Shown here in pieces: positions 48,361 to 60,800 of a stretch of 64,000 bases of DNA; within the stretch, counting starts at the first letter, position 1, and each line of letters starts with the position of its first letter. Source of the stretch: Ascidiella aspersa (Eukaryota); the NCBI GenBank assembly GCA_963924565.1, contig OZ004614.1, positions 18,290,001 to 18,354,000 of the forward strand. The letters run 5' to 3'. The notes under the pieces were generated by a model. It was not told where the DNA came from. It ran no database searches and worked only from the letters and a program-made list of their open reading frames with translations. Position numbers and translations under genes: made by a program.

Positions 48361-51300
48361 TAATAGTTGTTGTGAAGGAGTAGAGGCCGCAAGGCCCAGC
48401 AGCTGGCTGGACTTGTCAGGGTTTGTTATTGCCAGCTTTAGACCCCTTTTCTGAAACTGCAGTCTGTTGTTGAGATCTGAAACTGTGCTCACCAGTCAAG
48501 TGAAAGAAGTGCTTTCAATAGCACTCGGATTATTTTCATCGTACCTTTTTTTGGACTATTATCTGCGGAGTGCACCAGCGCACAACACTGGACCGCAAGG
48601 TAACAATTGTTTCACGTTTTTTCTACTATACAGTGGCTCAAAGAGCCCAATAGTTTACAGCCAAAAGCTGCTAGGGAGCCGAGCCGACATTTTGTTTTAA
48701 AATGGCGACAAGCTCGGCAAAAACCTTTAATTAGAAGTATAAGCCACGTGGGGGAAGTGGAGATCCACCAGAAACCGAACGGGCGGACACTGCTATGTTG
48801 CGTTAATGAATATCAGGCCACAATTTTAGCTAACAAGCTTAAAAACCTCGACGTAGTTAAATACACCGAGGTATACCAGGAAAATGTAACCAAAGTCAGA
48901 GTGAGCTTCATCCCCCCACGGATGAAGCCCTCAACAGTTGAAAAGTTTTTCAACTTCAAATATGTTCCGGCAAAACTAAATCGGGAGACTTTAGACTCTC
49001 GCCAAATTCGCTGCGGCAAGATTGTCCTTGATGTGGACAAGAAAAAGTTAGAGCCTTTCGACATACCAAAAGAAATCCGTATGGGTCCCCACACCATCGG
49101 GATCCATTACGACACCCAGCGGGAATGTTGCAGGTACTGCAAAACCCCTGGCCACATCATAGAAGCATGCCCAAAATTAAAGAAGAAGAACCGCGACATT
49201 GCGGAAAGAAAGGCATTGGAAACCCAGAAGAAGAAAGAGGAAGACCACCATAAAAGCCTCCCAAAGCCAACCTTCGGCGATTTTTTCAACCTGGACCATC
49301 AACTCGGAGGCACAGTGGAGGAGGTAAGTTCAACCCCTCTGAAACACCCGGAGGAATTGTCACACATAGGCAAAGCCGACAACTCAAAGTCGGGTACGGC
49401 ATCTCATCAGGCTTCAACATCCTCGAGCGGGACAACGGTCTCGGAGTCGGATTCAGAAAGCGAATCATCATCTCCCTCCCACCAGGAGAAAGAACAGAAT
49501 GAGGAGCGCGAGCAGGAACGTCATCAGGAGAAGGAGGAGCATGAACCACATCAGCAAGAGGGACAACATCACGACACACCAGACCCGGACTTGGAACCGG
49601 GCAAAGGTACAGAATCGGCTGGTGGCACCAAGAGACCTTTAGAGGTCTCCAACACCGATGTGGTGTGTCCGGCCTGCAATGGCACCGCCTCCGTCCACAA
49701 TTTCCATTGCATAGAGTATGGGAATGATTCCCGTGCGGCACTCAATTATAGTTGTCCCACCCCTGATTAACTTTGTGTAGTAAAATGTCATACCTTTAAG
49801 AATTTTCAAAAAGCAAAATGGCGTCTAAACTCAAAATATCAACTTTTAATGTAAATGGATTACAAAACGTTACTACGCAATGCCGTATTTGAATATTTAA
49901 AAACTTTGTCTTGTAATATTATAGTTTTGCAAGAGACCCACTCGACTCCCCAAGTTGTGTCAACCTGGGCTGCCGAGTGTAGGAATTTTTAATTCTTGTC
50001 CCTCCGGGGGAGTCGCCATTTTATTTCCTCACTTACCCCTTTAGATATTTTCTCAGATCTCACCGGCAAAATTATATCCTGTAATATTGATACTCTAACC
50101 CATACTATTCATTTAACCAATATATATGCCCTGTCCGGTAAAAACAATTACTTAGCCAACAACAAATTTTTCGACAACCTTTACCCATACGTAACTTCCC
50201 CCCATCCCACCATCCTGGTTGGAGACTTTAATTGCGTTCTCCAGTCCCACCTTGATAAATACCCCCCAGAACCATCCCGTCACCCCAACAAACCCTTAAT
50301 TACCCTGTTAGATACCCTTACCCTCACCGACACCTTCCGAACCCTTAACCCGTTGTACCCATAACTCCCAATCCCGCCTTGGCCGTTTTTATGCAACCCC
50401 TAATATCACCCCCGTTAATCACACCTTCACCCCAACCCCGTTTTCAGACCACGACCTAGTTAACCTCACCCTTGACATCCCCATCGCACCACCCAGAGGC
50501 TACGGACATCCGTACCCTTTTACCCACCTCGACCCTTTACCCACCTCGACCAAATTCCACTTAACATTAAATTAAAATCCTCCCCGCCGATTTCACTACG
50601 GAGCCATAACCCTTATCCCCAAAACCCCCGCTGCCAACACCCTTGCCAACTATCGCCCCATTTCTCTTCTAAACACAGATCTCAAAATAACAAAATTTTA
50701 AACCAACGTATTAAAAAAACGCATTTAAGACACTACAACACGCACAACCCGGGAAAAATACATCAACTGCATCAACCCTCACCCGTGACCTTTACCACCA
50801 TGCCACCCAGAACACCCCCCTCCTATTTCATATCCCTCGATTTTGAAAAAGCCTTCGATTCAATCACCCACCCCTGGCTCACCCACATCCTCACCACCCG
50901 CAACTTCCCCTCACCCTTCATAAATTACATTCAAACTACCCAAATTTCAGCCACCTCCGCCATTTTAATGAATGGCTTCCCAGCAACCCCGTGGCGATCA
51001 GAAGAGGCGTGGTGAGGCAAGGCGACCCGCTGAGTCTCACCCTCTTCCTGATCGCCCTCGACCCCCTCCTCAAAAATATTCCCCATACGAATAATCACCC
51101 CCTACCTCACCCACCGCACCTTGGACACCCCTTCTGATAACCAAACCCAAATTATTTAATACCACCTAGGTACCCCTGTCCAAAAAATACGATTTCTTCA
51201 TTAAAAATAACCTTCCTCATACTATTTTTCCCTCACCATATTGTCAACAAATTTGGACTTTTATAAATAAATATAATCCGACATTGACTGAACTCACGTG

Positions 51301-52219
51301 CCTCAAAATAAAACCCCTCTACCTCCACCTCACCATTCCCCAGCAATACTCCAATCCCAACCCCAGCTACCCCCCTCCCCAATTGGACCCAATTTCACCA
51401 CCCCATGCTCCCCACTTATCTCCGTACCTTCAATTATAAACTTGCCCGAAACGCCATACCGGTAAAATCCCACACCACCCCCCAATATACTTTCCCTTGA
51501 CCCCAACTGCCCCCTTTGCCACTCCCGATACGAATCGGATGCTCACCTATTCCACAACTGCACCTCAAAAACCTTTATTTTAATTGTACCTCCCAACCCA
51601 CTACCTTTTTGGATTATCATTTCCATATTTATTTTGTCACCCCGCCCCACTCCCCCCTCCCCAACAATGACCACCTCATCACCCTTCTTAATACAATTCT
51701 ACACCACACCATATGGAAAACCCGCATTAGAAAAATTATTTCCCCAGATCCGCAACCCACCCCACCCCAAAACCTAATACTATTTTTTAATAACTCTATT
51801 CGATCCCGGTGCCAAATGAACAGGCCAGACCCTTCACTCCACACATTAACCTGTTCGTTGAGGTAACTTCCCTCCTCCTTTAATTACCAACTGACCCCTC
51901 CTGTCCCATCAAGCTAACTTTTATTTTGTTTTTGTTTGTGTTTGCATTACACCTTTTAACTTGTGTTATCCGCCATTTTTTTTGTAGTTTTTCAATTTAT
52001 ATACATGGAGCCTGTTTTAAAGCTTCTCTATACCAACCCCCACCTAAATGTTAGGCAAGCACAGCCTCGAGTCTTCTCATTCTAAGGCCAAAAAGCACAT
52101 CCTGTGATAGGGGAGAGCATTATAGCCTCACTCTCAAAACAAAAGACCTGCCTGAACTTGGTTTACAGTGTCAAGACAGATAAAGTGCGTTTTCTGACTA
52201 CAGTCATTATATAGTTTCT

Positions 52220-52253
<34 letters not shown>

Positions 52254-52599
52254 GTTTTCTTGTGCTGCGGACCACAAACAGAAAAGACGTCCGCAATTGG
52301 ATTTATTTCATCATTTCAATTTTTGGATATTACTTTAAATGCATATCCTCGAAAGAGGGGAGCGAAAGAAAAAGGCAAATCCTTTTTTTTAGAGGAGTGA
52401 AGACCAATTTCCTTTGTTACGTACCCCAACTAATTTTACGCCCATAGTGTCGCGTACCTTACCTTGCTCCCATCGCCCACTTGCTTTTTGTTGCCCGCAA
52501 AAATAAAACCACGCAGGGCAATGATGAGCCCAAACCAAAGGGGGGACCTAGCAAATTGCTAGTCCCAACAACCCTGAGCCCTCGCAAAGAAGAAAAAAA
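48361..52599 (+). mobile_element. Family H: decayed element starting at H2B codon 12, probably chimeric with an A-like 3' end
   Basis: ORF1 48607-49770 (CRYCKTPGHIIEAC), ORF2 remnants from 49818, T-run 52222-52252, C/D module 52515-52582. Confidence 0.78.
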
Positions 52600-52613
52600 G
52601 CAAACCGCCCAGT

Positions 52614-52745
52614 AGGGATTGTCTATCCCTAGTCAAGGCATTGCTTATGTTTTACTGCTTAGTTGACAGTCTGTCGCAAAATTTAACTGCGACATAGTTT
52701 TTGAGAGTTTTTTGCGTAAAGACGCACCTGGATTATATTCAACAA
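52614..52745 (+). mobile_element. Family K: A-related 5' terminus following an H3-matching 14-mer
   Basis: TAGGGATTGTCTATCCCTA, GTCGCA..TGCGAC and TGCGTAAAGACGCA motifs as in the family A 5'UTR. Confidence 0.7.
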
Positions 52746-53159
52746 CCCCTGAAAGTACACAAGAAGACAAAGAAGAGAAGAATAACGTCCCCCCATTTAA
52801 AAAAAATGTATTTTTATAAAAAAAAAATAACTTTTAAACACAATTTTGCATAAGTCTCTGTTTCATTTACGCTATTGACGTCAACGTCATCAGAGTAGTT
52901 GTGACGTCACAATTTAACCTATTGTACTTTTCTCCTAACTGTGTTTTTACCAGATAAAGTTGTTCATTCTACTTTTTTTGTTGAAATTGAAACATTTTTG
53001 TAACAGTATCACCAAAATTTTTAAGAACGTGTATCAAATATTACCGACCAAAACGAATCAAAATAAACCGTGTAGACTAATTACTGAAATTTCGTCACAC
53101 CCAAGCCAAAAGAAAGCCACAACAAGCCCGTAACGCAACAAAGTATAGTTGGGGCTCAT

Positions 53160-56100
53160 TTCAAAATACATATAACTAAAAGGCCCAAAAGCACATCTTG
53201 TTATAGAGGAGCATTACAGCCTCATTTTTCAAAACAAAAGACCTGCCGCATGCATACTCCCCCTCCCGACTGTATCACATAATCTAGTTCCTATTTATCA
53301 AGGAAATCTTCTCGAGAGAAACTGAAGTCCTCGCAAAAAGAAATCCAGCGACTACATACATCAATATTGGAAGTCATTGCATTCGAGATAAGCAACCTCG
53401 AGGGAATCATCGAACGAAAGAATGGTTATGTGGACTTCACATGTCATACCGGAGCTCAGGCCCAAGAGCTATAGTATGCAAATTTAAGAGAATTCCCGAA
53501 GTCGTGTTCGCTCGAAGATATGAAGCCGACTTCACCAGCATGGAACTTGCTTGCCCACGTGCCTCCGCGCTTCAACATAGCCCGAATCGTGGAAACAAAA
53601 AGAAACAAGGATCGCCATGCAGGAATCTCCGATGGGCGAGTCACACCGGAGATGCGTACAAACGACCTTAAGGACAACCCAATCCCGGCAACAGTGTGGT
53701 GCCAGGGACTTACCTTCCCGGTGACATAAAAGAGGATTACACATACCTTTGATCAATCAGCACCACACCAGTGAAACTTCCCCATCCTCCGACAGCCAAC
53801 TCGACGCCATTTCACCAGCTCACCATAAAAATTCACCGGCAACAAATCAAGCAATCTGACAACCCTACGAACCTCATACACTTCGGCCCAGAAGTAATTG
53901 CACACCCGTCGTGGCCCCCAAACCTAATAGCACCAAGAAAAAAACCCGAAAAAATGAAAAATAAGACAACACCCCCCAGAAGCAAACTCCATTAGGAAAA
54001 CCAACTGACAAGTAGTACTTCAACCTCGTCCGGTTATGGGTGATGTGGGAGGGGTCAAAAGCTTTTTTGAGAGCGTCGCGCTCTGGGTGGAGAAGTAAGT
54101 GGTTTGGGGGGTTTAAGGTGTCTTAAAAGTGAGATGGGCGGAAATTTGAGAGAGGGTGTGGAATATGTGTGGTTTTGGGGTTTATAATATATATTAATTT
54201 CTTCTACGAAGGGGTCCGATGAAAAATCCCGGCACTCGTTTGGTCTATGGTTATAATGGTGGTTGTTCAGGGCGCGGTGCTTCATATAGAGTTTTATCAT
54301 AGTGGTGTCCCCATTTCCCTGGAATTTTATGGAGGGAGCACTCCTTTTATTAGGGGTCCAGAAAGTCGTGCTTTAGCCAGCTAGATTTTCAGCTTTTTCT
54401 GGTTGTGCAAACAAATTATTGCACGCGACCGACCATTGGGTCGGGAGTGGGCTGGCGTAAACTATGAGCTTCGACTTCGGTAGAGCGGTCGAAGTTAATT
54501 AAGGTTTTGAATTCCGCTTCAGTAAAACCAACCATTTAGATTTCCCGTAGAATTCAAAAAATTTCCCGATGTATCAGGTCTGACAAGATGGCAGTTTGTC
54601 GTCGATAAATGTTACTCAGAACAAAAGAAACAACGTTCACACCTGGTTGATGGATGATGTAGATGGCGCAGCCGCGCTAATCCAGAGTATTTCTTGGAGT
54701 TTGAAATTGTAGCTGTGCTACCCGACTTAGTGGCGGTATTAAGTTGCAGATGAAGTTTGCAACTCGCTGCAATAAACAGATCTGGTACAGAAATTCGGTT
54801 GTGCTCTCGACAACAACAATAAAGGATTTGCGCGTCTTTGTTAACTTTTGCCCGATTGAATTCATTAAATCACTGTTTGTCATCAATTTGGCCGGATCCA
54901 TGATTTTTGTTTCGGGGGAGCGTGAAAGTTGACATCATGGCTCACTCAACCATGATGTCAGAAAACTTTTCATCTTACATGGCGCGCCTATTTGGGCAAA
55001 TAGATTCGAATTTAGCTTGAAATAACAGCATTTATTTTTCAGAGGAAGTTCTCGCCAAACCCTATTTAAACACCACTGTAACTGGTCCAGGCTCATCTAT
55101 CTTAGCATTCCTCTCCTTCAATATCTCTTCTTCTGCTTCATTTTTACATTGCAATTCCATTCCGATGTCATCAACACCTTTTGGAAATCTTTATTTAAGG
55201 GTAAAAAGAGTAGTTACGCCCTTGCATGCTTGGGAGTATTCAGACTGCCATTTATTTATAATATTGATTTGTTGCTAATAACCTTGTAGGGAGGTGGCTG
55301 ATTGTAGGTCATCAGCAACAGGTATTTTGCTCGGAAGATTTTTGCACAGTCATTCTATTATAACATGAAATATCATCTTTTTAATTGATTACTGAGCGCT
55401 TTTCCACAGTTTGTCACGCTAAATAATCACAATATTGAGTTTAAATTGCCTAACATAGTTTTATATTGTTAAGTACAAAAGAATATCACTTTTTATCTTA
55501 AAACATTTTTTGTAGGTTTAAAGTGTGATCGTTATGTGAGCAAGTTACCCCCCTGGGTTGTTTGTAGAACAAAACAATCGTTCAAATATGGCTTTTTGTT
55601 TTTTAAATAAAAGAGTCTCTTTCTGAATTTATGAACGCCACTTTGTAAAAAGTTTTGGAGTTTAATGTCTGTCCATCTCGGAGAGATTTTCTCTGCTTCT
55701 TTTCTAATTTTCTTGTCTAAAAAATGGTAGGTTATAAAATAGAAGAACGAATCCTACTACATCCGCCAATACAATTTTTTTCGAGTCACGACTGTTGCTT
55801 ATAAAAGCTACAGAACAAAGTATTATGAAGAGTACAATCATTCATAAATTTATGGGTGGCCATGGCCCCCCCGGCTACGCCTATGACAGCCACCACACAT
55901 CCACTTATTTTTTACCAATATCTTTGAAAGTTGCGTGTAATTTTTTTTGTCCTGCCTTCAAGGCACCAAATTTTTATAACTTAAGACCGTTTTAACAAGA
56001 GGGCCAGTTAGAAATGTAATGCTTACAGCAGGGGCCGCACATCAAATAAACACTAATTATTTTCAGCTTTTTCAAGAAAAACTAAATTTAAAACCAGCTG

Positions 56101-57830
56101 TTAAACACAACATCAGTCAACAAGCGTGGCAAAAGCTGTTACATCTTGACCGTACTAAGATAAGTGTAATTATTTCAAAACAATTATTTATCATAACAAC
56201 GTGACGCAAGTAAAACTTTATGAATGAAGATTGTTTTGTAATAGTTGCTTCCCATTCTAGTTTATCTGCATTAGTGTAGCCGCACTTCAAACAGTCTGCT
56301 AGCTCCCGGACTATAACGATTGTGGCATTAAAAAATCGCTAGAGTCAGTCTTGCAATTTTTAATTCTGCTCCCTCTGGAGGAAGCTACTCCAGAGGCGTC
56401 GCAATGTTGTTCAAGTTCCACTACCCTTCCACCTAGTCAACATTTATGCCACATCTGGCAAATTGAAAGAAAAACAAAATGGCTTCAATTGCGTCCTACA
56501 ACCAGATTTAGATAAATTCCCCACAACCGAGCCCTTGTAAGTTTAATCCAAACATTTGACCTGAAAGACCAGCTACATACCCGCAGATCCTTCCCAAAAT
56601 ACACAATCCTGACCTAATAGATTCTATATCTCCTCAAAAATTAACCCCTCAGAATCACATTTTCACTCCTGTCCCCTTTTCGGACCACGACATCATGACT
56701 ACCATTATACTCGATATCTTGGCCTCTGGAAGAACACCACCACCACGCTTACGAACTCCAAATTTAAATGTACTCTGGCAATTAAAGCCTGATGAGAAGA
56801 ATATCTCTGGATTTTGGTAAAAGAAAAAATTGCCTTACTCCACAAAAGAATTTATAAGAGCAAGCTGCAATAAAAACCAGGAACTAGCAAAGCATTTGTA
56901 ACTTTCTAAATTAAGAGAACAAATGAATTCTCATAACTTGAAAAAGGAACTCAGACCTTCTAACAACACAAAAAAGCCAACGATATTGAAACATGCAACT
57001 GGTCAGACAAAACTTTATATAAAAACATGTCCTAAAAAAACGAAACAAACGCACATAACACAAATCTTAGATGAATATCATCTCCCTCACACAACCACAA
57101 CCGAACTTTGCAACATAGCCCACCAATATTTACCACGATTTGTATAGTCCCCCAGCCCTTCCGTAGAGACGCGACTTCTATTTTGTGTTCCTTGGTTCAA
57201 AAAGTAACATTTGCGAATCGACCGGAATTTAAGTCACCAAATCCCCGCCAAATTTAATAACTTACTTGATGGCTTTCAGTAGCAGCACCCAAGCATGGCC
57301 GACGGTGAGCGACCGCGGTAGAGGCTCAGTTCTCACCCACGATTCCACGACCCGAGATCTATAACATGCTCAAACATGTTAACATCGTATACTTATCAAT
57401 CACAACTCTGAACGTTGCCGGTCTAAATCATTTTCTTACAGGAAACCCATTCCACGCCCCAAGTCGAGGGGGAAAAGCTAAAAATGGAGTTGCCATTTTT
57501 GTCAAAACACCCACCACAAAAAATAACTAAATTTTAGAATGCACAAGTTGAGCTCCTCGTCCACTGCGGCCTTCACAGAGACCACAGAGACCGAAGAGGC
57601 TGAGGAAGGAAGCCTAGGCACCGAAATAGGATGACACCGAGCATCCCGGTACGAGTCAAACCCGAAGCCGGCAACCTAAGGAGAATCTTCCAAATTGAAA
57701 AGCATCCTCTTATAGAGTGCTCACTATGTGACGGCGTGGAAACCCGTGCCCACCAATGTCCAAACTAAGATGGCAACCTTCCTCACAATTAGGTTAAGTC
57801 AACCTGGGCTGCCGAGTAGGCTTCGGGTGT
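53160..57830. mobile_element. Highly decayed fragments of the same L1/Tx1 families
   Basis: B/C-like ORF1 remnant ~53300-53730 (+); A-like 5'UTR/ORF1 remnant ~54050-54740 (-); endonuclease remnants ~56350-57830 (+). Confidence 0.65.
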
Positions 57831-58379
57831 AGGATTGTTCCGTTTACAGAAGAACTTGTACACCCAGTCCGTTGTGACAACAACTAGTTATTACATCACA
57901 ATAACCATTATTAACACGAGAAATATTTGGGTATGATGTCACAAATAAAGTATAGAGTATCTTACAAGATTTGTACACTCCAGTCAGCTTGGTTAGAAAC
58001 CTGTATATTTATAGGCCTATATTGTATTGCGGTATCTTCGGTTGTGAAAAGCACTAGCCTACGGGTAGCTAGTTTGGCCTGAGGAAATTTCAAAAGCGAC
58101 TGTTAGGAGAAGGGTAACATTTGCTGGACATAAAAAATAAAACTTGATATATTTATTGCTATTTCAGATGAAATAAATTTGAATAGCAGCTTATTTCGTT
58201 TACCGAGGGCTAACGAGCATGAGAACATGCGAGAACAATACTGCTTGTTGTTATACCAAAGTAAGTAAAGTAGCGAAAAAAAGACTTTTTGAAGCCAGTA
58301 AAACGTTAGCGAGCATTTCGTTATGACGACCCTCCCGTTTAGCAGCTTTAGACTACTCGAATAACAAGTAGAATTGGTA

Positions 58380-58800
58380 ATCTTTACAGTATGGCGAAAA
58401 AGCGAAACTACTTAGAATCATTTTTAAGTATGGATTTGTTCCAATCATTTCTGATGGTATTGACAATGTGTACTGTGCAAAGTTCTTTCGGCTGAATCTA
58501 TGAAACGAACAAAACATAATGACTGCAAAAATAAAGACTTGTGTCATTTTTTAAGCGATCTCGAATGGATTCCTTCGGAGTATTCCAGCCACGGCATCCT
58601 TTCAAGTGTCATGGCAAATTTGCTTCTGTGAACAGATGGATGCAGCAGAACACTGCAATGTTCTCTACCACACGGAGGTACGATGGATGTCGTTAACGTG
58701 CTTTAGGTCTTTGAACTGCGGTTTCGAGTTTAGAGAGTTTTTCACACAACAAAAGAAACAAGAGCTGGTAGTCTGGAATGTTTCCTACCCTAAACGAGTT
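58380..58800 (+). mobile_element. hAT (Buster/Charlie-like) transposase remnant
   Basis: FCEQMDAAEHCNVLYHTEVRWMS resembles the Buster-family LLLHTEVRWLS motif. Confidence 0.65.
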
Positions 58801-59299
58801 CCTTGATAAACAATGTTAAATCGAAAATTGTCAAAAATCTGAGTTTATCAAATAGAGATGATTTGGCATTCGTTAGAAATCCGTATTCCGTTGCGTCAGG
58901 TGTGCGGCTGTGCCGTGCCCTCAGGTGAGCTGACGTTAGCGGAAGTGTACTCAGGTTACATCCGGTGAGCAAAAGTAAAATTGATTTTTTTTTCAAATGT
59001 GTCCAAAAGTGCCCTGAGGAGCAGCAAAAAGTGGTCTATTTTACCGATAATTCGGTTGGAGTGATGTCAATAGAATTAGTCTTACATAGTACATTGAAAA
59101 GCACAACAAGTACATTCACGCATTTCAATAAGAGTATAACCAAAACTTCGTATATAGGCTGCAATATCTTGGTCTTTTTCCCTAACTTTTTCAAAGTCAC
59201 GCGATCCTTAAAGGTTTTCGTGATATTATGAAAAAAGCAACCCAAAAACGAAAGTACAATTTTTTGATCTGCTATATACCCATCAACTTTATAATATTA

Positions 59300-60800
59300 C
59301 GAGAACCAATTCGCTTTTCTCCACCATTAAATTGCATAAAATGTCATCCACTCACCAAGATCAGTTGTTTGTGACCTTTCGATTCGCTCGAGAAGAATGT
59401 AATTACCAGTTGGCATATCACCCATTAAAGCTGACAAATAAAGGGAATTTGCATCATACCTTGACATGTTTTTGCAGTACCACAAACAGACATCTCCCCG
59501 TATAACAGATTCCCCTGCGGCATGCCAACGTGTGAAAACAATTTGGTCGCGAAACAATTTATTAATGTGAGCATGCTTGTTTGGAAACAAAGAGAAATAG
59601 ATATCTGGTGGAACAAATTGAAACATAAGTCGTTGTGATAAACCAGGGGTTGACACACAAAAAATTGATATTCAGTGAGTGATAGATTAAAACGTCATGT
59701 AGATTGTAAGCAATAAGATAATCCCGAAATCTTCTGAAATAGTTTCTCTTTTGTGAGAGACTGCTTCGAAATGCCGTCTCTCTTGGTGGTTAGACGACAC
59801 CTGTCTTGTAATTTATCTAAATTGTCAACATATTTCGTAAGGAAAGTTAAATGCAAGAAGCAAACTTCGAAGATTATATCCTGGTGATAAAGTTTAGATC
59901 TAAGAAACGAAATTTGGTTCTTAATGCAAACCATATCTTGAACCATTAAATGATAAACACTGGTATTGCCTTTTTACAAAAGCTGAAAATTTTGCCTTTA
60001 ATTTAACCAAAGGGTGTTTTTTCATTTTGAAATCAGGTTCGTTAGATTTAATTGGTCAAGTACATGACTGTTTATATTTGTCGAGCATCAAATTTTCAGA
60101 TTTATTTTGAATTGCAAAAAAAGAATGCAACATATTGCAAATATTGGTCAGAGTTTCCATTTGAAATTAGACCCACAGGTTTATCAAAACCTGGAGGATG
60201 GATGTTATTGCAACACTTAAATGTGTGAAAGTTGTTTTTCCTGTGTTTGTTCGAAATTTTTTTCCAAGAAAGGTTTGTTTGACACCGATTTCACATGATG
60301 ACTCATGTCCTCAAAGGTGAGGTTTTTTGAACATGTTGTTGCAAAATCGTCATGTAAATTTATGGGTAATGCTTGCAATCAAAACAAAATGATTTTCATA
60401 TTGTACTACATGAAAAGATATAAAAATTTGCATTTGATTTGGGGGAGTAATTTGAAATTTCATTAAAAGATACACCTGGAAATGAGTCTACATTTTGTTC
60501 AGGATAGAAGTACTGAGAGAAGAAGTATTCTGAAATATATTTTTCAGATCTTTAAACCAACGAACAACAGGTGGGCATCAAATAGAGTACTGGCTCACAA
60601 GTGACATTGTGTTACTCATAACAAAACCAAAACTTGCATTTATCTTGAAGCTGGATGGAGGAAGATATACCTTCTAGAATATCTTTTGTGATATCGTCAA
60701 TAGATTTTTCAAGTGGTAATTGGTAGTTGAAAATTGACATTTTTTGGTTTCAATTTTAACTGAAATACAAAGCAAAAAACTCATAACAGATAAAAGTCAC
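59300..60800 (-). mobile_element. Decayed family B DNA polymerase region, Polinton/Maverick- or adintovirus-like
   Basis: YDANSLYLSALMGDMPTG resembles PolB motif A (DxNSLYP...MPxG); fragmented frames; boundaries approximate. Confidence 0.5.

Noticed and set aside
52222-52252. T-run as the tail of an antisense retroelement
   Set aside because: No recognisable element body or TSD adjoining it on the minus strand.
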